Source of the DNA: Polyangiaceae bacterium | GTDB lineage: Bacteria > Myxococcota_A > Polyangia > Polyangiales > Polyangiaceae | Assembly: GCA_025937895.1 (NCBI GenBank) | Contig: JAICQL010000009.1 | Coordinates: 6,896-70,895, forward strand | Reading direction: 5' to 3' | DNA: 64,000 bases | In this document: piece by piece, positions 53,972 to 61,863 of the stretch | Position numbering within the stretch: the first letter of the stretch is position 1 | How the letters are laid out: every line of letters starts with the position of its first letter | Translations under genes and position numbers: made by a program | The notes under the pieces: generated by a model | Database searches by the model: none | Told to the model about the DNA's origin: nothing | The model's input: only the letters and a program-made list of their open reading frames with translations

Positions 53972-55330
53972 TCAGGCGTGTGCCTTCGCGATCAGGCCCT
54001 CGATGTTCCGGAGCTGTTCGTACCAATCTTCTCCAACCGGCGTGACGAGGCCCACGACTTCATCCACGGATGCGCCAGCTAGGATCGCGTTGCGCGCAGC
54101 ATCCGAGCCGGTCAGCAAATCGAACGCGGGGATCTGCGTCTCGAACTCGTACGCGCGGCTCAGGAACTCGAACGCCTCCGGCGCCTGACGGCGTGCCAGC
54201 ACCAGCAAGGTCAGATACGTCGCCACGGGGCGGAACAGCTGCGGATCGGTCACGTGGAGCACCACGCCGTGGCAGAGCTTGCCGGAGTGCTTCTCGAACG
54301 TGGGGCGGAAGGACTGCGGGCGGATCATGACGCCGGGCAAGCGGGCCTCCACCAGCGAGCGCGCCAGCGCCGCGCCGTCCAGGAACGGCGCGCCGACCGT
54401 TTGAAAGGGCAGAGTGGTGCCGCGCCCCTCCGACAGGTTGGTGCCCTCGATCAGACAGCCACCGGGATACACCAGTGCCGTTTCGACCGTGGGCATGTTG
54501 GGCGAGGGAGCCACGAAGGGGCGGGGCCAGGCGCGTGCCGTGCGCAGGCGCTCCCAGCCGCGCGGCGAGATCACGGAGATGGCGCCGTCCGGGCCGAGCG
54601 CATGGCCGTCGCGCGCGAGGAAGTGCACCAGCAGCTCGCCCACGGTCATGGCATGCCGGATCGGCACCGACTCCAGCCCGACGAACGAGGTGAAGCCGGG
54701 GGCCTGCGGCGCGCCCTCCACGCTGGCGGGGTCGCCCGAGATCGGATTGGGCCGATCGAGCACCAGGGTGTGCACCCCGGCCTTGGCCGCGGCGCGCGCG
54801 GCGAGCAGCGCCGTCCAGACAAAGGTGTAGTAGCGGCTGCCCACGTCCATCAGGTCGATGAGCAGCACGTCCAGGCCCGCGAGGTGCTCGGGGCGCGGCG
54901 AGAGCGACTCCCGCTCTGTGCCGTACAGGCTGATGATCGGCGGGGGCAGCGAGGGCGCGCGCGGTGCTTCGAGCGGAGCCGCCTCCGCCGCCTCGGTGAC
55001 GGCTGCCGGGTCGAGCTGGCTCGAGCCGTTCAGCGTGCCCTCCGGCCCTGGCTCCGCGGGCAGCGCGACGGGAGCGACCGGCGCCACGGGAGGCGGCTCG
55101 GCCTGGGCGAGGGTGGGCACTGCCTCTTCTGCCTGCGCGACGCCGTCATAGCCGTGCTCGCCGGCGAAGATGCGCACGGGGCGTACGCCCAGCTCCTCCA
55201 GCACATCGAGCACGGGCCTGCCGTGGCGATCGACGGCGGAGGCTTGCGAGAGCAGGGCCACCCGGGAGTTGCGCAAGCGGCGCCGCGTATTGCCCAGCTC
55301 ACCTGCGGATAGACGGTCGATACCCCACAT
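53972..55330 (-). CDS. DUF1343-family protein (NamZ-like exo-beta-N-acetylmuramidase) with a low-complexity insertion
   Basis: ATG 55330 is preceded by AGGAAAGAGG. Motifs: ...FAGEHGYDG...SLYGTERESLSP...DLMDVGSRYYTF...PIRHAMTVGEL...NLSEGRGTTLPF... Confidence 0.8.
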   Translation of the reverse strand: MWGIDRLSAGELGNTRRRLRNSRVALLSQASAVDRHGRPVLDVLEELGVRPVRIFAGEHGYDGVAQAEEAVPTLAQAEPPPVAPVAPVALPAEPGPEGTLNGSSQLDPAAVTEAAEAAPLEAPRAPSLPPPIISLYGTERESLSPRPEHLAGLDVLLIDLMDVGSRYYTFVWTALLAARAAAKAGVHTLVLDRPNPISGDPASVEGAPQAPGFTSFVGLESVPIRHAMTVGELLVHFLARDGHALGPDGAISVISPRGWERLRTARAWPRPFVAPSPNMPTVETALVYPGGCLIEGTNLSEGRGTTLPFQTVGAPFLDGAALARSLVEARLPGVMIRPQSFRPTFEKHSGKLCHGVVLHVTDPQLFRPVATYLTLLVLARRQAPEAFEFLSRAYEFETQIPAFDLLTGSDAARNAILAGASVDEVVGLVTPVGEDWYEQLRNIEGLIAKAHA

Positions 55331-55508
55331 GCTGGCCACCTCTTTCCTTGTATGCATCGCCACAGGGCGAGCGGATGTGGAGATAGCGGACCGGTCGCAG
55401 GGACTCAAGCGGCTCGGCTGGGCGGGCAGGCTCGGCGAGCAGGTGGCGGACGATGAGCGTCGCAAGCGGCGGTCGAGGGCCGTCGGAGTGGGCAGCCTGG
55501 CCTCGGGC

Positions 55509-57962
55509 GTGATAGCGTGCGGCGTGTCCAGGGATTCGGTTGGGTCCCCGACGATCGGCGCGAGGCACTCGAGACACGGACGTTCCAGCGCGCTCGTGGC
55601 CGCAGTGCTCTCTGCGGCTGTTGGCAGCGCCTGCAGCTCGGCCGCCCCTCCGCCATCGTCTGCACCCGCCAGCTCTGCGGCGCCCGCCTCAGCCAGCGTG
55701 GCCGAAGTCGAGGAGCGCGAGCGCCTGGCCCGGCTCGCAGGTGCCGTGCTCGGGCGCGAAGACCTGCAGGCGTATCATGGCTGGATCAAGTATCTGGCCT
55801 TCCGGGCAGAGCAGGTGCCCCCTCGTCCGGAAGCCGCTGCGCGCCTGACCGAGTGGGTAGACCGCATCCTGCAGAATCCGCGGGCGCTGTCCGAGCTGCG
55901 GGGCGTGCACGAGTGGGCCTATGAGTCGCGAGCGGACGGCTCGGGTCAGCCTTTCAGGATCAGTATCCCGGAGGGCTACGATCCGGCTCACCCGCTACCT
56001 CTGTCGATCTATCTGCACGGGATGGGGGGCAACCACCTGGAGTTTTCCCAGGTGCCGCAGCAACTCACGGCCTGGACGCCGAGCTCGGACTTCATCGAGC
56101 TGGCCGTTCTGGGGCGGGGCCGCGGTGTTGGCTACGTCGGCCTGGGTGAGGCTGACGTGCTGGACGCGCTCGCCTACGTCGACGAGCACTTCCGCATCCA
56201 GCCGCAGCGTGTCCATCTCGTCGGGGTCAGCATGGGCGGGACGGGGGTGATGTTGCTGGCTGCGAGGCATCCCGATCGCTTTGCTTCCGCATGGGTGCTG
56301 TGCGGTAGCGCGCTCGACATTCCGATCCGCAACCTGTTGCGGTTGCCCGTGTACGCCATGCACGGCGACGAAGATCGCGCCGCCCCGGAGTTGATGGTGC
56401 GGGGAGGGCTCGCGCGGCTGCTCCAGCTGGGGGGAGCAGCGGTCTGGGACCTGGCAAGCGGGTACGGGCACACCATCTGGAAGAATCAATCCGGCGCCGA
56501 GCGTGCCCGCAAATGGACCTTCGCTCAAAGAAGCCAGCCGTCGCGGCAGGTGAGGGAGATCGACTTCACGGCACTGGATGGCAACTCCGCCCGGGCCTAC
56601 TGGGTCGAGGTCGCGGAGTGGGGGCCGAGGCCCAGACCCGCACGGTTCAAGGCGAGAGTGGTGGACAACGGGGTGGAGCTCGAGCTGCAAAACGTTCAGC
56701 GCCTGCGTCTGGACCTGGCACAATCCCCCGTGGACATCAGCCGCCCCGTCTCGCTGGTGGTGGGCGCCAGCGCCAAGCGATCGAAGCTCCGCCTCACCCC
56801 AGCACAGGCGAAGGGCCCGGTGCTGATTGCCATGGATTCGGATAGCGGTGCCGCGCACGTGGAGGGAGCAGAGCCACGGGCTCCCTTCCGCTTGCACACG
56901 CCCGGCGGTCCGAATCAGCTCTATGCCGGTGAGCCCTTGCTCATCGTCCACGGCACCCAGGGGGATGCGGACAGCGCCCGCGTGCTGAAGGCGGCTGCGG
57001 AGCAGGCGGCGCGCAGCGCGAACGCGGGCTGGGACACGGCGAGCCCCTCGCGCACCCCGGATGGGGTACCGCTGCGCCAGAACCTGTACGGGGCGCTGCG
57101 GATCAAGCCGGACAGCGAGGTGACGGCACAGGATGTGGCGCGCCATCACCTGGTGCTGATCGGCACCGCCGAGCAGAACGCCGTCGTGCAGCGCATCGCG
57201 AGCCGCCTGCCGGTGAAGCTCTCTCGCGAGCACATCACCCTCAGCGATGGCTCGAGCACCCTCGCCGCGGGCCGCGCCGTGCGACTGGTTCATTACAACC
57301 CAGAGGCGCCGGAGCGGTTGATTTACTGGGTGGCAGCGCAGGAGCTGAGCGCCTACGGCGAGAGCTCTCCCGCGCTGGACGAGCTGACCTCGGGCCCCGG
57401 CGCCGCAGACCTGCTCGTGACCGGCGGCACCGAGGCCAGCCTCGTGCTCACCCGCAGCTTCGACAGCCGCTGGCGCTGGCTGCCGTCCGACCGCTCCCCA
57501 CTGCTGGCACTCGCCGAGAACACCTGGGCCGCTGCCGCCGAGCACCGAGCTGGCTTGCTCCGCGCCGCCACGCGCGCGGAGCTGGCCCTCATCTCGGCCG
57601 CACCCACCGCGCCCGGCACGCGCGCATTCAGTCCGGGGGTGACCCGGCTTGCGGATGTGACCCCGTATTTTGATTCGCTCAGCATCGCCCAGCTCAGTGG
57701 TCGCCAGTTGCAGCAGGCGCACGAGCGCCTGTCGAAGCTGGCAGTACCGGGGCAGCGCCAGGTCGTGTATTTCTGGCCGCCTTCCGTGCTCCAGCAGCTC
57801 GAGCCGGAGCGCGAATATCGGGTAGTGCTCAGCGCCGAGGGGGTCTATCAGCTGCCAGCGCTGACCCAGCTCGCGGTGCCGAAGATCGAGCTCACCGAGC
57901 TCACTGTCGCCGAGGTGCTGGACCTGGCGGCGGCTGCCAAACAGCACCCGCCCGCACGGTGA
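55509..57962 (+). CDS. Large putative lipoprotein with an alpha/beta-hydrolase (esterase/peptidase S9-like) domain; start uncertain
   Basis: The signal peptide ends ...LSAAVGSAC. Motifs: LSIYLHGMGGNH...LVGVSMGGTG...YAMHGDEDRAAP. The C-terminal 500 aa or so are unassigned. Candidate GTG starts are at 55482-55524. Confidence 0.7.
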   Translation: MIACGVSRDSVGSPTIGARHSRHGRSSALVAAVLSAAVGSACSSAAPPPSSAPASSAAPASASVAEVEERERLARLAGAVLGREDLQAYHGWIKYLAFRAEQVPPRPEAAARLTEWVDRILQNPRALSELRGVHEWAYESRADGSGQPFRISIPEGYDPAHPLPLSIYLHGMGGNHLEFSQVPQQLTAWTPSSDFIELAVLGRGRGVGYVGLGEADVLDALAYVDEHFRIQPQRVHLVGVSMGGTGVMLLAARHPDRFASAWVLCGSALDIPIRNLLRLPVYAMHGDEDRAAPELMVRGGLARLLQLGGAAVWDLASGYGHTIWKNQSGAERARKWTFAQRSQPSRQVREIDFTALDGNSARAYWVEVAEWGPRPRPARFKARVVDNGVELELQNVQRLRLDLAQSPVDISRPVSLVVGASAKRSKLRLTPAQAKGPVLIAMDSDSGAAHVEGAEPRAPFRLHTPGGPNQLYAGEPLLIVHGTQGDADSARVLKAAAEQAARSANAGWDTASPSRTPDGVPLRQNLYGALRIKPDSEVTAQDVARHHLVLIGTAEQNAVVQRIASRLPVKLSREHITLSDGSSTLAAGRAVRLVHYNPEAPERLIYWVAAQELSAYGESSPALDELTSGPGAADLLVTGGTEASLVLTRSFDSRWRWLPSDRSPLLALAENTWAAAAEHRAGLLRAATRAELALISAAPTAPGTRAFSPGVTRLADVTPYFDSLSIAQLSGRQLQQAHERLSKLAVPGQRQVVYFWPPSVLQQLEPEREYRVVLSAEGVYQLPALTQLAVPKIELTELTVAEVLDLAAAAKQHPPAR

Positions 57963-57984
57963 GCACGGCTCCGGCGCCGCGCCG

Positions 57985-59484
57985 TCAGACGGCTCCGCGG
58001 CGCGCCTCGAGCTCGCCCCGGATGGCTCGCATACGCTCCAGCGAGAGCGGATACAGGCGCAGCAAGCCGAGCGCGACCAGGCAAGCGACGATCGGGATGC
58101 CAGCGAACAGCGCGCGGATGGCGAAGAAGGTGTCCGGCGCTTGCTGGCCGCCCAGCTCTGCGCGAAAGCCCGTGAGCTGGTCGAGCGCCTGCCCCGCGAG
58201 GATGCTGGCGATGCCCATGCCGGCCTTGGTGGCCCAGAAGAACGAGGAGCTGAAGGCGCCTTCCCGGCGGGCGCCGGAGCGCTGCTCTTCATAGTCGAGG
58301 CTGTCGGCAGTCATCGAGGGCAGGACCACCCAGAGACCGGTGGCGCAGAAGCCGCAGAGACCGGTGTGCACCACCACGAGCCACGGCGCGGCCGGGGTAT
58401 ACAGCCACCAGCTGGAGGCGAACGCGCCGATGCCCAGCGCCAGGATCAGGCTCAGCGCCGCCCGCTTGCCGTGTTGCTTCACCAGGCGCTGCGCCGGGTA
58501 GACGGCGGCGACCCCGCATAGCGTGTACAGGATGCCGCCCCACAGCTTGAGCACGCCCCACATGCCGTACGCGCTCTGCGACGAGTGTAGATCCTGCAGC
58601 ACGTAGTAGTAGCCGGCGTAGTAGCCGAGTGGATCGACGGCGAAGGTGGGGATGGCGTACGAGAAGCCGACCCCCAGCAGCACCAGGAATGGCTTGCAGC
58701 TGACGGTGCTGCGCAGCGTCTCCAGCAGGCCGGTGGCGCGCTGGCGCGTGGCCGTCTGGTAGTAGCGCTCGGGTACGTAGCGCACGTTGATCACGCCGGA
58801 CAGGATCATCAGGCAGCCCGCCACGGCGCACGCGGCCATGGCGCCCTTGCCGCTGTCGATCTCGCCGGTGGCGGGATCACGGAACAGCGGCAAGCCCGAC
58901 AGCCAGACCGCCGCGCCGATCAGGATTCCGACCGTCTTCTGGACGATGGCCTTGTAGCCCATCACGTTGGCGCGCTCGTGATAGTCCGGGGTCAGCTCGG
59001 CGCCGAGCGCCTGGTACGCGCTGTTGTAGGCGGCGATCAGCGGTGAGTACAGCACCGCCGAGAGCAACATGTAGGCATAGATTTGCTCCGCGCCCCAGCT
59101 GCGCGAGGGCAGAAAGAGCAGGGGCAAGGCCAGCCCCGACAGCAGCGAGCCCACGAGGATGTACGGCCGCCGACGCCCCCAGCGGCTGCGCGTGTTGTCC
59201 GAGAGCCAGCCAAAGAGCACGCCGGCGAAGGCGTCCGCGAGCAGGGTGGCGGCTTTCACGTTGCCGATCTGGGTCGGGCTCAGGTGGAAGTAGCTGCTGT
59301 ACACCGGGTCGGCGAGGTTGAAGTACAGCCAGTGCCCGAGGATGTCGGCGGCGCCGCCGGTGGCGAACGCCAGCTTGACCCGGGTGGAGAGGCGCTCGCC
59401 GGCAGCGACGGCGGCGTCGCCCGCGAGCGCCGGGGTGGCACCGCTCAGCGGCACGGAGAGAGGCAGGGGAGCACGCTGGACCAT
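57985..59484 (-). CDS. MFS transporter, glycoside-pentoside-hexuronide:cation symporter-like
   Basis: 499 aa with about 12 TM segments. Motif: GWLSDNTRSRWGRRRPYIL. Confidence 0.85.
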   Translation of the reverse strand: MVQRAPLPLSVPLSGATPALAGDAAVAAGERLSTRVKLAFATGGAADILGHWLYFNLADPVYSSYFHLSPTQIGNVKAATLLADAFAGVLFGWLSDNTRSRWGRRRPYILVGSLLSGLALPLLFLPSRSWGAEQIYAYMLLSAVLYSPLIAAYNSAYQALGAELTPDYHERANVMGYKAIVQKTVGILIGAAVWLSGLPLFRDPATGEIDSGKGAMAACAVAGCLMILSGVINVRYVPERYYQTATRQRATGLLETLRSTVSCKPFLVLLGVGFSYAIPTFAVDPLGYYAGYYYVLQDLHSSQSAYGMWGVLKLWGGILYTLCGVAAVYPAQRLVKQHGKRAALSLILALGIGAFASSWWLYTPAAPWLVVVHTGLCGFCATGLWVVLPSMTADSLDYEEQRSGARREGAFSSSFFWATKAGMGIASILAGQALDQLTGFRAELGGQQAPDTFFAIRALFAGIPIVACLVALGLLRLYPLSLERMRAIRGELEARRGAV

Positions 59485-59517
59485 GTCGGGCTGTGTCCTC
59501 GAGGAGAGCGGCCGAGC

Positions 59518-59928
59518 TCAAAACCAGACGTCGGCGACGTGGCGCCCGTCCGGCGGCAGATCGTCATGATTGCCGAGACCATCGTGACGGACCAGCGGCA
59601 GCGCCGCGACCGCTTCCGGCTCTGCCAGGCGCACGTTGACGGCGATGCGCCGGCGGCCGTCTTTACCGGGCTCGCGCTGGCGCCAGTAGGTAACGCAGCC
59701 GCAGCGCGGGCAGAAGTGAAAGCCCAGCCACTGATCCTGCCAGGCATACACCGAGGTGGTGCCGGAGACCTCGATGCGCCCGTGCTCGTAGTCGTATGCC
59801 CAGAGCACGCCGTAGCGCCTGCAGACCGTGCAGTTGCAGGCGGTGGCGGACTCCGGCGTGCCGGCGAAGCTCCAGCGCACCTCGCCGCAGTGACAGACCC
59901 CTTCGATCCGCGCTTCTCCTTGCACCAT
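59518..59928 (-). CDS. GFA/CENP-V-family Cys-rich zinc protein
   Basis: GVCHCGEVRWSF...CNCTVCRRYG...FCPRCG; internal ATG M17. Confidence 0.8.
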   Translation of the reverse strand: MVQGEARIEGVCHCGEVRWSFAGTPESATACNCTVCRRYGVLWAYDYEHGRIEVSGTTSVYAWQDQWLGFHFCPRCGCVTYWRQREPGKDGRRRIAVNVRLAEPEAVAALPLVRHDGLGNHDDLPPDGRHVADVWF

Positions 59929-59972
59929 GCTCTTCTCCTCGTCTACACGCCCCCCGCTCGTAGCACCCGCGC

Positions 59973-61442
59973 TCACTCGATGTCGATCTCGTGCGGCAAG
60001 CTCACGCGCGGCGCGCGCAGATATGCGAAGGGCGTGTAGGCCAGCAGGTTGCTGACCCTCGACATGTAGAGATCCGCGTAGCGCTCGATCTGGCGCGCGA
60101 GGTGGCTCTTGTCGCTGCCGCAGCGCATGATGGGCCCCCAGCGCACGTTGAGCAGCTCGCTCGACTGCCGCGCCAGCGGCGCGATGCGCTGATCGAGCTC
60201 CACGAGGCGGCCGCGCAGCGCGCGGATCTCGGCGTTCGACCGCTCTGGGTCGAAGCCGGGCGGCGGCTGGCGCGTGTTGCGCAGGTGGGTCAGGCGCAGG
60301 CCAGAGAGCTGGTGCTCGAGCAGCACCTTCTCGGTCATGGCCACATCCAGCTGCGCCTGCGCCGGGCGGAACGCGACCAGTGCCTCCAGCTCGCGCTCCA
60401 GCTCGCGCACGATCAGCGCGGTGCGCCAGCGCAACAGATCCTTGCTGACGTGGACGTCGGCGAAGATGTGATCGCCGATGTACAGGATGTGATCGGGCTC
60501 GACCCGCAGGCTCGCCTCGACCAGGCGCGCGTCGCCGCCCAGATACACCTCGCCCTCCACGAGCGGGCCGATGTGCGGCGTGTAGCGGCTGGGCTCGTCC
60601 ACCAGCCGGAACACCGGCGCACGGCGCGAGAAGAACTCGGGCTTGCGCGCCTGCACGATCACGAAGCTGAACAGCTCGCGCCAGTTGCCGCTGGGCAGAA
60701 AGCGGTCAAAGGCGTAGCTCATCATGCTCTGCGTGTACGACCACTCGGAGTTGGTGATCAGCAGCAGCTTCTTGCCGGCGGCCTTCAGCTCCCACAAGGT
60801 GCGGGGTAGCTCTTCATCCAGGATGACGTAGTGGCTGGGGTCGCTCAGGATCTCGCTCTTGAGCGCGCCCTCCAGGTGCGTGGCGTCGAGCACGCGCCGC
60901 ACCTCTTGATAGAGCGCGCGGTAGCTGAGGCCGGGCTCCAGCTTGCCCAGATCCAGCAGATCTACCAGCTGCATGTACAGGCATGCCTCCGACAGGGAGA
61001 ACAGCGTGTTCATGAACTGCCAGCGGCTCTCCGCCAGATCCACCGGCGCCGTGCCATACACGGACAGCCAGGTGTCAAAGTCCAGGACCATGGTGCCGTG
61101 GCTGGCGTTGCGCACGTGGCCGAAGCGGTTGGCCTTGACCAGGTTGCCGCGCTCGATGTCGATCACCAGCCCCAGGGAGGCCAGCTCGGGATCGAAGCGC
61201 AGCTCGTTCACGGGCCACCCGCGCGCCTGGAAGGCGCGCTTCATGTGCTCGTAAGCGCTCCGCTCCCAGCGCTCGCTGTCGTAGTGCACGAGCGTGTAGT
61301 CCATGTCGCAGCCGATCACCTGGACCGAGCGCAAATTGAGCGTACGGTTGCAAAACACGCGGCGCGGCAGGGGTGGCAAGCGAATGGCGTCTGCGCTGAG
61401 CGCGGCGGGTGGCGGGGCAACGGGCGGGGAAAAGGCATCCAT
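59973..61442 (-). CDS. HAD-superfamily cytosolic 5'-nucleotidase (cN-II-like)
   Basis: Internal ATG M63. Motifs: VFCNRTLNLRSVQVIGCDMDYTLVHY...YIGDHIFADV. Confidence 0.85.
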   Translation of the reverse strand: MDAFSPPVAPPPAALSADAIRLPPLPRRVFCNRTLNLRSVQVIGCDMDYTLVHYDSERWERSAYEHMKRAFQARGWPVNELRFDPELASLGLVIDIERGNLVKANRFGHVRNASHGTMVLDFDTWLSVYGTAPVDLAESRWQFMNTLFSLSEACLYMQLVDLLDLGKLEPGLSYRALYQEVRRVLDATHLEGALKSEILSDPSHYVILDEELPRTLWELKAAGKKLLLITNSEWSYTQSMMSYAFDRFLPSGNWRELFSFVIVQARKPEFFSRRAPVFRLVDEPSRYTPHIGPLVEGEVYLGGDARLVEASLRVEPDHILYIGDHIFADVHVSKDLLRWRTALIVRELERELEALVAFRPAQAQLDVAMTEKVLLEHQLSGLRLTHLRNTRQPPPGFDPERSNAEIRALRGRLVELDQRIAPLARQSSELLNVRWGPIMRCGSDKSHLARQIERYADLYMSRVSNLLAYTPFAYLRAPRVSLPHEIDIE

Positions 61443-61543
61443 GCGGCGCGCATGCTGCCACAGCGACGTCCGCTGGCGATATCCACGAGCAGCGCCGGTT
61501 CCAGAATGGGCCGCCAGTATGCCGACACCGGAACTGCGGGCGA

Positions 61544-61618
61544 GAGCTCCGGAAGAGAGGGCTCCGGAAGGGAGAGCTCCGGACGGGAGAGCTCCGGAAG
61601 AAAACGCGCCGGAGGAAG
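61544..61618. repeat. Purine-rich 15-bp tandem repeat, 4 good copies plus 1 degenerate (GAGCTCCGGAAGRGA)
   Basis: Read directly. It lies in the divergent intergenic region between the nucleotidase and the fibro-slime gene. Confidence 0.85.
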
Positions 61619-61863
61619 GGAAAATCAACGAAGGGAAGTCAGCTCAGCGCAGGGAAAAGTACAGAGCAGCGAGGGCGCTGCCCGCTGGCCGCCCCCGCTA
61701 GCCCCTCGGGGGGGTTCCGTGTATTGTTGCACGGTCCGGTTTCTTTCCGTTGAGACCGTGTGCGGTGGGCCAATGGCATGGGTCGCCACTGCACTTCGCT
61801 CGGCTGAGCCGGTTATTGCCCTTTTATCTCGCTCGTCTGGCAGCGACCACTTTGCAGAAGATC

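Noticed and set aside
55995-58292. 765-aa minus-strand ORF
   Set aside because: It is antisense to the alpha/beta-hydrolase lipoprotein and overlaps the MFS gene end. It has shadow-frame composition.
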